Shown: piece by piece, positions 52,210-64,000 of the stretch
How the letters are laid out: each line of letters begins with the position of its first letter
Position numbering within the stretch: the first letter of the stretch is position 1
Origin: Toensbergia leucococca
Lineage: Eukaryota
Assembly: GCA_022813965.1 (NCBI GenBank)
Contig: JALDZS010000057.1
Location: forward strand, 1-64,000
Direction of reading: 5' to 3'
DNA: 64,000 nt
Made by a program: the position numbers and the translations under genes
Notes under the pieces: generated by a model
Seen by the model: only the letters and a program-made list of their open reading frames with translations
Database searches by the model: none
What the model was told of the DNA's origin: nothing

Positions 52210-52619
52210 CTAATGCTTAGCAGCCTCTTTGTGCACATCCGCCGAAGTCTACACCGGCATCAGCATCATCCAAGCCAAAAAGCCACCATATAGCAAGGGA
52301 CTTACGTTGTGCTTCTGCTCATCAATTTTGTCACCGACCATGTCCTTAGCAGCAGTAGCCCGAGTCGATAAGCTAGCCTGGCTGTCCTTTGCAACCTCTA
52401 TTGATATTTATCAGCTTTGTGTCATATGCTGTCTGGCCATGGGGAAATATGTGGTAGAGACTGGTGGACTTACGCTTGTGGGCCTCTTTGGAAGCCCCGG
52501 AAGCGCCACCTTGGACGGTTTCGGAAAGGTAGTTTCCGGCGTTCCTGAAAGAGTGGTTAGCGGGGGTGGATTTGGAGGCCAGAAAGCGGATTTTGTGCGG
52601 CTCACTTGATAGTATCCAT
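52210..52619 (-). CDS. grg1: Glucose-repressible protein Grg1; 4 exons
   Basis: MDTIK|NAGNYLSETVQGGASGASKEAHK|QVAKDSQASLSTRATAAKDMVGDKIDEQKHN|TSADVHKEAAKH*; introns 52545-52605, 52398-52473, 52249-52305. Confidence 0.9.
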
Positions 52620-52947
52620 GGTTGAAATAGTGTGATTTGGGTCTGATATTGTGTTTGTGTGACTGTTGTTGTTTGAGAGTTTACAATGGGGAGCGTACTT
52701 CGTAAATATACGGAGATTCCTATGCAAGGAGGCGAGGGACAAAGGGCAAAACCGGTATGACGTAGGTACGTCATTGACTTAACCCAACTCTATCAAAGTG
52801 GGGGCGGGGCAGATAAATTACTACACTAACATCAGACCCTCGCAACCTCGGACCTAGCGGTACGAATACGCCGTACCTTAACGTATTTGACCCAGCTCAA
52901 CGCTAAGCCCTATCAAACTCTCACATTTACACGACTAACATGGAAGC

Positions 52948-53842
52948 ATGGGCCTTGAAGAGCAGAAAGAGGAGCGGGAAGTGCTCGACTCCATCTTTCC
53001 CGATGAGATCACAGGTATATCCAAACCTCCCCGTCCGCTTTCCTTGAATCCACACCGCGACAAGCTGTGCGCGGACCAGACACTTTCTCACCAACCTACG
53101 ACGACCTTGAGCTTTGACACTTTCCCCGAATTCGACACGAGCACTGACTCTTCCTCCAACCAGACATCTCCGAAACCTCCTACCGCATCTCCATAGCCCT
53201 CGATGTCCCTCCCATCCCCACTTCAGACCCCGACCCCTCACCCCGTACGCAACCCCCTCCCCCACCTCTCCCACCCCAACCCCTTAGCTAATAACCCCCC
53301 CTAACCCAGCAACCCTCCTCCTTACAATCTCCCTCCCACAAACCTACCCCGACACCCCCCCAAACCTAACCCTCTCCCTCCCCCCCAACACCCCGCGACA
53401 CCCCCACCTAACCCTCCCCGGCGACACGCCCCACCTCCTCTCGGCCCTCAGCCCCACCATCACCGAAAACACAGGCATGGCCATGATCTTCGCCCTCGTC
53501 AGCACCCTCAAAGAAGCCGCCGAGGAACTCATCGCCGAGCGCGTGGCAGTTGTGCGGGAGGCTGGGGAAAGAGAGGCGGCGCGGGCGGAGGAGGAGGAGA
53601 ATCGGAAGTTTATGGGGGAGAGGGTTACGAGGGGGGTTTTTTTGGAGTGGAAGGAGCGGTTTCGGAGCGAGGGGGAGGGGGAGGCTGTGGAGGCGGGGGC
53701 GGGGGAGAAGAAGAGGGGGAAGGGGGAGGAGAAGTTGACGGGGAGGGAGTTGTGGGAGAGGGGCTTGGTGGGGAGGGTTGAGGAGGAGGTGGGGGAGGAG
53801 GATGTGGTGGTTGGGGTCGAGGGGTTGAGGATTGGAGAGTAG
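52948..53842 (+). CDS. GIR2: RWD-domain protein (Gir2/RWDD1); 3 exons
   Basis: EEQKEEREVLDSIFPDEIT, YPDTPP, GMAMIFALVSTLKE, GERVTR..FLEWKERF and KLTGRELWE; introns 53015-53163 and 53245-53309. Confidence 0.9.
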
Positions 53843-54665
53843 AGCGTTTTTGGGGGAAGGGGTGGGGCTTTTATATTTGTTGGGATGCGTGGAAAGAGTC
53901 AGGTGTGGCTGGCAGCGGTAGAAAGCAAGAATAAAGGAGAGCAATGGGACGTTTTGCACACGGTTTCTAAATCGAAGGGCTTGTTGTCTGTGCTGTGATG
54001 GCGGGAAAAATATGCCCACGAGATGTACAAATCACCTTCAGGTCTCGATGACAGATCCTAAAAAAAAAATAACTCCACAGCTTCGAAACCCCCAATCAAC
54101 ACACACCGTAACCAAACAACCATCCCCATATCCCAAACCCGAAACCCCACAGCCCACCCTACCCCTTTCCCCCCCACTATTCCTCCTCCTCCCCCGGCGC
54201 CATCTCTAGTCCATCACGCCTCGGCACCCACCGCACCATGCCCTCTGCGTGCTTGACTCATATCTCCATTCTCCCTCCCCACCCACCCCAAAGGCTAACA
54301 CCAAGCACGCACCAGCGGGTCAAGGGACTGTAGATACTTGGCTATTGTGGGGTGTTGAGGTTTTGTTTTTGAGGAACGCTGGGTCTTGTGCGGTGGGGAT
54401 GGGTGGAGATGGGGACTTTGGTTGTTGTTGAGGAGGAAGGGAAGGTATATAAAACAGGGGGGGTTGGGGGGTTTGAAGGGGGGGAGGAGGAAATGCTGCT
54501 GCTGCTGTTGTTGGAGGGATGTGGTGGTTGAGGTAGATTTTGTTATTAGATTTTTATTCTTTTCTGGAATTGGCATTTTTGTTTTCCTGTGCAGGCTGGC
54601 CTTGAGGAGAGGTTGGGTGGAGATGCTTAATGGTTTTGGTTTTGGGTGGCGCTTGCGCGCTGTGT

Positions 54666-55780
54666 TTAGGTTGGAGCCATTGATGATTGGGTGCTTTTTG
54701 CCGGCATTGGACGTGCGAGCACGGTGCCTGCGAGCTCTGTTGCGGCATGTCTTGGGCCTGGCAGGGTGGAATCAGTGGGCGTTGCAACGGCATCGGAGGC
54801 TGCGCGAGCGGCGAGGGGGTCATCAGCAAGCTTCCTCATCCTCCTCCGGTCATTCGCTTCCTTCTCTCTTGCTCTCCTCCTCTCCACCGCCTCTAGCCCA
54901 GCCAGTTTCCTCTCCTTGCCCACAATCTCAAACATCCGCCTCGCGACCAGCATATTCTTCTTCTGATCCGCATCCAGCTTTTCCCTCACCCCCAGCGCCG
55001 CCTCCGCCACCACACTCTCCCACGAATTCCTCTTCTCCCCCTCTTTCAGCCCGCACACCCGTTCCAAAATCCCGTCCCATCGATCCTCCTCTTTTGCCAT
55101 CTCAACCTCGTTTTCGAATTTGTGAAAGCGGTCGATGAGGCGGGTGCGCGTCTTGATTTTGTCGCGGATCAGGCGGCTGAGGTTGGGGGGTTGGGCGTGA
55201 CCGAGGCGGAGGAAGGGGACGCCGCTGGCGTTTACGAGGATGGGGACGTGGCGCTTTGAGGAGATGTTGGGGTGGGGCCGTGAGAGGACGGGGAGCGCGT
55301 TGGGGAATGCGTTGAATTTGGGACGGGGAGGTGGGTTTGGGGGCGAGGGATTGAAGTTGAGGTATCTAGAAGGGGAAGACGGGTGCGAGTCTGACCAAAT
55401 TAGGCCGAGGATTTGGTTCAGGGCTTCTAGATTATGCGCTGCATCGCTGAGTGTGTCGAGAGTCTGATTCGACTTTGATCAGTTTATGGGGCTGAGCACG
55501 ACGTTGGACAATTGACCTTGTAGCCCAGAAGAAATGCTGATCTAACGGCCCGCGGGTTTTGGACGTTGATTCTGCTATTAAACTCGTTTCTGAACTTCTT
55601 CGAAAGATTGTTTAATTGCTCCTCGGCTAGAGGGAGCCGGTGCCCTCGCCGGAGTAAGGCGCGATAGAGTGCACAGCCTGTGCAACAGTTTAATTGAAAG
55701 GGGATTTGGGAGCTGTTGGTGCTGTACGTACATGCTACTCGATGTACTCCTGACCTTTTGGGGACCAGGTGCCGCGGCAT
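54666..55780 (-). CDS. LYR-motif (Complex1_LYR-like) protein; 3 exons
   Basis: HRVACCALYRALLRR after splicing 55678-55731; intron 55464-55516; block RHVPILVNASGVPFLRL..QPPNLSRLIR in frame with ORF 54666-55100. Confidence 0.8.
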
Positions 55781-56080
55781 TCAATGTTCATGTCTTGTAA
55801 TGGTCAATCATTTGTGAGGCATTGATTTCGCAATGTTTCATGAACAGATTGGAAACTTCAATTTCACGCCCGGTCACGTGCGTATTTTATTAATGATATC
55901 TATCGATGTTCTGCAATGCATCCACCACTAATCCGTGGTGATCCTTGACTCCTTTGTAAAGCCTAACAGTATAAGAAGTTCTCGGATAGCTAGAGAGAAA
56001 CGCCAGCTAATGCAGTCATGAAAAGAATATCCGCTTGTCGTGACTTCATGATCCGTTGCCCACCCCTCACAACCCAAAGT

Positions 56081-56711
56081 TCAATTGAATGTTGTCCCCT
56101 CTGCAGGCTGAGGAAGTTTCTTGTGTTGAGGAAGAGCCATGAATCTGTATTATCAAGGTCAGCTCCGTACTAGTGCTAGCATGGAAGTCATACCTTCTGA
56201 GTTCGATGAGGATGGTCTCCATAGTATTCTCTCTTTTCCATTGAATTAGACATGGAAGTTTCGAAGGCTCAACCTAATCCTCAAATATCAGCCATTTTGT
56301 CGAGATCCTGTTGTGTCAAAAGCTACCTTCCCAGTCCTCTGATCCACGCATGGTAAATTGATCTTGGAGACAAATTGAACGGTGGGAGGAGTATCAGGGT
56401 ATTTGTCACCACAGTGGATGACTAGACTGTATATACGGTTCTCGTGGGCGCTCTATGCAAGATATCAGGACAGGTGTCTTCTCGCATCGTTGTGATATCC
56501 CACATGTGGTGGCCCGAGAATTGTCCCGGTCCAATTTGACATTAGAAGGTCGTCTCCATCCGCCAGACCATACGAGCAAGCCTCTGACCACGACGGATTA
56601 GTGAACAAGCCGTAGTATAAGTGTCTCGAGAGCAGGTCTACCGGCACCCAGTCCTTTCTCTCCTTTCTCCAGCTCCTCGAGCAGGCGAAAGTTTCTGGGA
56701 ACTTTCGCCAT
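56081..56711 (-). CDS. MMS2: Ubiquitin-conjugating enzyme variant Mms2/UEV; 5 exons
   Basis: MAKVPRNFRLLEELEKGEKGLGA|EACSYGLADGDDLLMSNWTGTILGPPH|SAHENRIYSL..CGDKYPDTPP..|..METILIELRR|FMALPQHKKLPQPAEGTTFN*. Confidence 0.95.
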
Positions 56712-57073
56712 TTCCCTTCAAAAATGTACTGAGTACAACACGGCGCTGAATAAAAAGCTAGCCAAAAAGACAACGCTAGATCTCGAATAGAGTTGTGTAT
56801 TCGCGTGAGGTTTGGGTCGTGTCGCTGGTGTGGAGGGTATGAAGGTCCTTCACCGTTGAAGCTCCGGCCCACTTTAGATTACAGGCATCTACCGAGCTAA
56901 GTTAAATTACATGTAACACCAACTTGCGGCGGCCAACGTGTCAAGAGCTTGATATAAGTATCCAGAACGACAACCTGGATCATAAATCCTGGCCATGTAT
57001 GAAAGAAATCAAGAGAGTCTGGCAGTGAACAAAGTCACACCCAACATCTTGGTGTGGGTAAGCCCACAAGATC

Positions 57074-60000
57074 ATGACCGCTCAACTACTCGTCTCGGAG
57101 CTATCCGCTCTGGTTCAAGAATCTAAGAGGAAAAATCCAGAGTTGAAGAGCGTATGCTAACCCCGTCTCTGATTGAGGCCTCCGCTGAGAATTAGGAATA
57201 GTTTGCGGAAAAATCTTTGAGTGACCTCAAGGCTCTTCCATCTACTTCTGAGACCCAACTTTCCGCAGGTTCGTCCTCAGCGCTCTAGTCTATCACTACT
57301 TCGCTGACCTTGGAAGAGATCTGAGACGCCGCCCGCACTTGTTGAAGCCCTTTTTACTGGCTTGCACTTCTCGCAACCCCAAATTCGCAGGAAGTGCTAT
57401 TGTTTGCTTGCAACGGATTGTGGTTTCAAATGGACTACCTAAAGAATCCTTAAAGGATGTTTTGGAGGCTTTCCGCGAATGTTCATCTCTAGGTGAAGTC
57501 GATTGAGTCGACAGTATTTCTTATTCTTGGACTGACTTTTGAAGGTCTCGATATTCAGCTTAAGGTACTGCAAGCGCTCCCCTCGTTGTTGCAGAACTAT
57601 GCAAACAGCCTCACGGGGGATCTTCTGGGAGCTGCCTTTCAGGTATGCTTCTTGCTGCATAATAGTAAGACTGCCGTTGTATCGAATACTGCTGCGGCGT
57701 CTCTGCAGCAGCTTGTGTATTCCACCTTTGAGAAGGTTGCCACAGAAGACGGTATGTTAACTCTCAAGCTTCAAGAAATCCCAAGACATGCTACTGACTC
57801 ACTGAAGGCCATTCTTTCGAAGGAAACGGTGTTGCGGAAGTTCCATCTACGAATGGTACACTCTCGATTCGTGGTGCTGCATTGGATGCATATCATGTTT
57901 GTCATGGATTCATACTTAGTATCATGCTTTGACTAATCAAATTCCGTTAGGTGTTGACTGATGTGTGTCTTTTGACAGAAGGACAAAAGCCAGAATTTCT
58001 TCAGACAGCTTCACTATCACAGAATTTCGGTCTAGACCTGGTTGAGTCTGTGTTGGCCAATCATGCCGACACTGTGATGTCTCATCTGGAACAGATTGAT
58101 GTACTTCGTCTTCGATTAATGCCATTCATAATCAAGATACTATCCGAAAAAGCACCATTCACCACTACTGTTCGAGCGATGAGACTTTTGCATCTCGTCC
58201 TTAGTCGTCTGCTATTTGCTTTGGCATCAGAATGTGAGATGGCTTTGAGCCTATTAAACCATATGCTTGATCTAGATGCTGCCGCCCTATGGAAACGAGC
58301 CCTTTGTTTAGAGATTTTTCGCGGAATCCACGCTGATCCGACTCTTGTTAGGAGTATCTATGCTCATTATGATGAACAGGATGAGAAAAGAAATATTATT
58401 CGGGACCATCTAGCGACATTGGTACGATTAGCCTCGGAGAAGCCAGCCATGATTGGATTAGGCCAACAATCTACGATACCTGCAAGCACGTCGCAAACAA
58501 ATGATAGCTCTAGTGAACAAGTCGCTATGCAGGCTGGAGGCGTTGCAAGCACTATTGGGGCGGCCGTTAGTTCTAATGAAGCCAATGCCCCCGGTATAAG
58601 TACCAGATGGAGCACAATCAAAACCCCGTGCATTGAGGTACTAGATAAATCCGAAGCACCGACCTTACCAGCAACGTATATATACAGTCTTGCACTGACT
58701 TGCATTAACAACTTCTCTGAAGGTCTCGCACGATTCCTCTTACCTTTTACCGTTCCCACTGATACCAGGTTGAGAAAAAAGCAACAGCGTGTGTCCAAGG
58801 AAGTCGAAGAAAGTAACGAGAATACAACTTCAGCGAAAGATGACAAGAAACAAATCCGAAGAGCTCAATCGTTTCGAGAACGTAGATCTCCAGTCAACCC
58901 TCTCACCTTGGACAGCCATGTACTTTACAGCCAAATCTGTACCTCAGCTCATATGGTGGACAATTGCTGGCCTGCATTACTAGCGGCATGCTCTACTTAC
59001 CTGAATGCTGCCTTGGATTCGGACTTTTACCATGCATTGATCCGCGCATTTCAGAAATTCACCCAAGTCGCTGGGCTACTCGGTCTTTCCACACCCAGGG
59101 ACGCTTTCTTGACCACGCTCGGCAAACATGCTGTACCGTCTGTCAGTGTCAATACGTATGCTCTGAGTAGCTCGAATTCTCCGAAAGTCAACGGTTGGGA
59201 TCGTTCAAGCCGTGTAGACAATCCTACGGAAAGTGACCGTGATACTAGTCCATCACCGAGCGTTTCATCTGACAAAGGGCGTCAGGTAACAGATGCTAGC
59301 ATCACCATGTTGAGTACCCGCAATCTTCTATGCCTACGAGCTCTACTTAACCTTGCTATTGCCTTGGGTCCAACCTTGCATAAGTCTTGGTTCATCGTTT
59401 TCGAAACTCTTCAACAAGCCGATCTCATTATATCTCATTCCGTTCTTGGCCGACGACATGCCCAGGTCCCAGAGATTCAAACCACCTCAGACGATGCAGA
59501 TAGCGCCGGAGATTATGTGCTTGAGATCACAGCTGTTGAGACAGCTGCTTCCAGGATGTTTGAGAGTACTAGCGAGCTCACGGATGAAGCTTTCATGGAT
59601 GCTCTGACTAGTCTGTGCAGTCTACTCCGTAATGCACAAGATGATTCAAATGAGTCCTCAAGATCTAACATCGATAAATCTCTGACTCCTCAATCAGCTT
59701 TACGGAAGCATCAAAGGAGTACGTCTAGTATGCTAAATACTTCCATGAGTGGGGCTGCCGTGGTTCGTGGCAACAATTTCGTGCTAGAGAAGCTTGGTCA
59801 TGTAATCAAATGCAATATCTCACGACTGCTTCAAGATGAGACAGCTGAGACAGGCTGGGAACTCTTGGTAGGAGTGGTCATTAGCGTGCTCGGCTCGCAA
59901 AGCGCTGGTCTCGAGATCCGTATTAAGGCTGCGAACACTCTGAATACCATGGTTGTGGCTATTGCCGTCTCACAAGAGTCCTTGACACCTGATGAACAAG

Positions 60001-62512
60001 ATCTGGTCAGGAAGAGATGTTTTGCTGTCATACGCAGAGAGATTGCCGCTTTATACAATCAGCGTGGCTCAGATACTAAGCTTTCCCAAGAGTGCGAATT
60101 AGAGATTCACCGATTATCTTTGGAAGCACTTCGGTCTATTCTAGAGCAATGCGGTGACTCTCTGAAACGTGGATGGAATCAAATCTTCGCCATCATCACC
60201 AGCATTTTTGACGGCTCGAAAAACACTGATAATAATGATTCAAATAGTAAGCCAGGTTCTCAAGGCAGCTCGGCGAAGCTCGTTAGGTCTTCATTCGGCT
60301 CATTGCAACTGATATGCTCGGATTTTCTGTCCTCGGTTCCTCGCTCATGTCTCCCTGTGTTGCTCGACGCCCTCTATTCCTTCTGCTCTCAAGACCAAGA
60401 CCTCAATATCTCGCTCACGGTAAGCTTCTTGTTCCTTGGCTTTTCCTTTTGTCAAGTCTAACACGATTTCTAAGACGACGACCTTCTTCCGAAACGTGTC
60501 AGAGTTTCTGCAAAGTGATAATGGCAATTTGGATATCAACGATCGCTCCGCTGAATTTCAAGAGGACCTGAAATTAATTAGATCGCCAAAGAATCAGAGT
60601 CTTGAGGTTTCCACCTCGGCCTTGTGGCTTTGTCTCTTACTGCGTACTTCACTAACGACTACCGACAGCAGGCTTGAAGTTAGACACAGTAAGTGGCATG
60701 TTTCCAAAATGGTAACAGACTATGAGCTGACCTTTAGGTGCTCTTCATACAATGTTTGGGATATTCGATTCTTGTGGAGACCGACTTAGTGCGGCAGGCT
60801 GGCAGACATGCTTCAAGATCATTGTACTTCCCATGCTCTCAGCTAATGAGACCAAGTTTCAAGAAGTAAGAAGCTCAGTAACATCCGGTCAACCCAACGA
60901 GCAGAGGAGCTGGAGTAATACTGCAATAGTAATGATTGATGGGGTCTCGAGGCTGCTGGCGCATTCTTTGGATGTCATGAGGAGGGATAACGACTTTCCT
61001 GACATGTGGGGAAAACTCTTAGGCTATCTAAATGGGCTTCTGGATCGGAAGGTCCTCGACGTGAGTACAATGGTGTTCACAGCAATGACCAGAATTCTGG
61101 TCGAGATTGAAGATGCTGGGAAGGTCCCAAAATCCGTCACTAACCATGCTTGGATACTCTGGAAAGAGGGTAGTCCAGTCCTCCATGATGACAGTCTCAA
61201 AGGCAAGGGCGACAATCAAGATGCGCTCGTAGCGTACCTCCAGTGTCTACGGCATTTGTATCGGCTCTTAGAAGCAGATTTCCAACTAGAGAAGTCGAAG
61301 ATGGTGATAGAGCGAATACACTCATGTGCCAGTCATTCAACCATCCAGGCTTATAGTGCAGACGTTGATTATCTAACCCCTCTGCAAACTCAAGTCCTAG
61401 ACAGTCTCAAGATGATACGTACCGATATTGGGGGAGTGCTACCAGAGCTCATCGATTCTATGGCCAAGTTTATTACCATGGCTTACGAGGAGAAAACGAA
61501 ATCGCCTGACCGGAAGAGCCCAACATATGTTGCACTGTCAAAGTCCACCATGGATCTCTTAGTGCAGTACGTTGGCAAGCACGTCACCAATGTTGAGATG
61601 TATAGTAGTGGGTCGTTGACTAGGGCGCTGAGTGCACTTACAATCCCTTTGGATTTGAAGTATAAATGGCATACTGAGGGTAAGACGCCAACAACGTGGC
61701 AGAAAGCGACTAAAACGGCAACGATAATCTGCAATACTTGTGTACCAGTCCTAAAAAATCTCAAGGTTCAGGAGCTGGATGTTCCACTCTTCTGGGAGAA
61801 GCTTGTCAAAGTTAGCAGCGGCATAATGACTGCTGACTTCGAGGCTTGTACCAGCCCGGCGGACATTCCCAGGGATCAAAATTTTGACATCGAGGCCTTT
61901 TCTAGCATTCTGCATCTCATAACACCTGGCATGGGATCTCCGACTATCCCCGACGTTATCCGTCGCAAATACGCCGAGTCTGTGTTCAAAAATTCGATCA
62001 TTCATGCACCGCACCCAGACGACCTCGCGAAGCCGGGCCAGGAACCCCTTGAAGGCCTGCGTAGTTCTCACATTGGCCGTACGCAGGACCTACCTCCGAC
62101 GCCTCGCTCAAGAATGAGCTACACACTTCTCGACGAACTCTTCAGCCTTGTAACGGTCCACGATGGCTCTTCTGAGCGTATCAAATTGGCCCAGGCTGCA
62201 GCACCATACCTGATTCTCAGGGCAGGCATAACATTAAAAGCATATATTCTAGATCAACCGTTGCGAGGGCGGATGCCGCAGCCGTTATCGCAAAAGAAAG
62301 AAATGGTGTATGTTCTGCGCAAATTGGTTGAGCTAGACTCTGAGCCCAAGGCCATACCTGATGCACTGGGTGTTAATTCTAGACACAAGAAACACTTGCA
62401 TAGGCTATATCCCTTGGTGATGCAATCACTGGAGGTTGCCTGGAGAGACACGGAGATGACCGAGGCTCTGAGGACAGTACTTGAAGCCGTGGGGCAAGAC
62501 TTTGGCGTTTGA
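57074..62512 (+). CDS. MON2: Endosomal/Golgi trafficking protein Mon2 (Ysl2); ~8 exons
   Basis: N-terminal DCB-like region (ELSALVQESKRKN, LDIQLKVLQALPSLLQNY), HUS-like region (WKRALCLEIFRG), LVRSSFGSLQLICSDFL, QDLNISLT and YILDQPLRGRMPQP; introns join the large ORFs in frame. Confidence 0.93.
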
Positions 62513-62709
62513 ATATGCATAGCAGGGCGTATTGCACAGACTCAGATTACCGAATCTGAAGCAATAATGGCATGAGAGATAGCTGTAGATTATACATTCC
62601 CATGGCGCTTTACTGCAAGCCGAATAATAATACTTCTAGAAACAACAATTCCAAAAGAATAGACAATCGTAGGTCCCGTCCACATCATCAAACCGTCATA
62701 GCTTCATCT

Positions 62710-63121
62710 TCACTTAAAGTCAACATGTCTCACAGTGCCATCTTCTCCCAAATGGATGTTCATCCTACACCCCAACATCAGCCACCGTCACCAGAAAGAA
62801 TCCAACCCATCAACAGAACAAGCACACCTGTCTTTATTGAAGTCCTGCGTAACCATCGAATCAGGCTCAACGACCCTATGTTCCTTGGGCAGGTCCTGCT
62901 TCGCGAAGCTCTAGCCATTTTTTCACGTCAGTTATATATCCATCTGCTTAACGAACCCGGTCCACAGGTGCCAAAAGAGGGCAAGATGTTTTTACAGAAT
63001 GCAAGAAACGTACGGTGTTGTCGGAGGTGGAGTCTGTGAGTTTTTTGCCCATGAGCTTGTTCATCCATTCGGATTGCTGGTTGTTTCCGCCCGAGTTGAT
63101 GCCGGGGACGACGAGAGGCAT
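62710..63121 (-). CDS. Peptidase inhibitor I78 family protein; 3 exons
   Basis: MPLVVPGINSGG..EWMNKLMGKKLTD..|SFAKQDLPKEHRVVEPDSMVTQDFNKDR|LNIHLGEDGTVRHVDFK*. Confidence 0.85.
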
Positions 63122-63479
63122 GTTTTGGTGATGGTGGGGAGGGTGCTTGGGTTGGATCTTGTTGGGTTTGAGGGGGGAGGCGGTTGAGGGTGGGTGGGAT
63201 GGAGATGGTTGCTTTGGACGGAGGTGGTTGAGGGAATTATATATTTGGAGGAGGGTGATTGAATACGCGTGAGATGACGTAGGTAGGTGGGTAGGTAGAA
63301 TAACCCTGTGCCTAAGGAAGGTCACCGTCACCGTCATGTATCTAACCAAATCAGGTATTAAGTAGGATGTAATCTACGCTCATTCCTCATGTTATCAAAG
63401 TTACCATATCTTACAATTCTTTTACATTCAACGCAAACTCAATCATCCATCATCTAGATTTTGACTCAATTAGGCAATA

Positions 63480-63882
63480 GTGCGCCCTGAGCGTGATGTA
63501 GCATTGAGGATCATCATGATCTCACATCACATTTGCGCTTGATTCTCTATCACCATGCAAGTCATTTACTGATTCTATTCATGTGTCATCTAGAAGTCAG
63601 ATTATCTAGGGAATTATCGCGGTTTCACACCTGATTCTGAGTTAAATCCCCTCACCCTTGGGCGCACAATCACCCTGGGAGCGCATAGGGACTTATCATG
63701 ATTTCACATCATATTAGCAATTGACTCTCTATCACTATACAACTCATTTACTCATTCTATTTGCGTGTCATCTATAAGTCAAATTATCTAGAAGAAAACC
63801 AATGCTTTTGTACCATATCCTGACTTGATTCCCTCACCCCTGGGCGCACAATCACCCCCTGAGCGCAAAAAATCATGATTTT
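63480..63882. repeat. Diverged ~180-bp tandem repeat (just over 2 copies)
   Basis: Units start ATCATGAT at 63513, 63695 and 63872. Shared blocks include ttgaytctctatcac, tcatttact, gtgtcatcta, attatctag and ccctcacccytgggcgcacaatcaccc..gagcgca. Confidence 0.85.
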
Positions 63883-64000
63883 ATCTACCTCCTTTCAAAA
63901 TCATGAAACACCCTGTTATTCACAGAAACTCCGCCTCCCTCCCTCCTTCTATTTCCTCACCCTCCTCAATGAGGTGTGAAATTGAGTCAGAATGAGGTGA

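Overview
Eukaryotic DNA from a filamentous ascomycete (Pezizomycotina-type GT-AG introns with CTRAC branch sites). Two blocks of conserved housekeeping genes flank an accessory zone. The left block (3.7-17.5 kb) holds a LARP1/Sro9-like La protein, a conserved hypothetical, SFT2 and a bHLH factor. The right block (52-63 kb) holds GRG1, RWD/GIR2, a LYR protein, MMS2, MON2 and an I78 inhibitor. The accessory zone (~19-51 kb) has pseudogenes, hypermutated transposon relics, a ~132-bp tandem array with a conserved core, a foldback hairpin, a tRNA-like element, CCS1, a CorA-like gene, a 47-aa secreted Cys peptide missed by the ORF track, and a bZIP-ankyrin regulator. The most unusual signals are the 23.3-24.4 kb array, a CpC/CpG-biased (not CpA) RIP-like mutation signature, strand-independent C-rich/G-rich oscillations, the tiny secreted peptide locus, and a four-intron 5' leader with overlapping donors on the bHLH gene. 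Family calls come from motif recognition only, and gene models were spliced by eye; no database searches were run.
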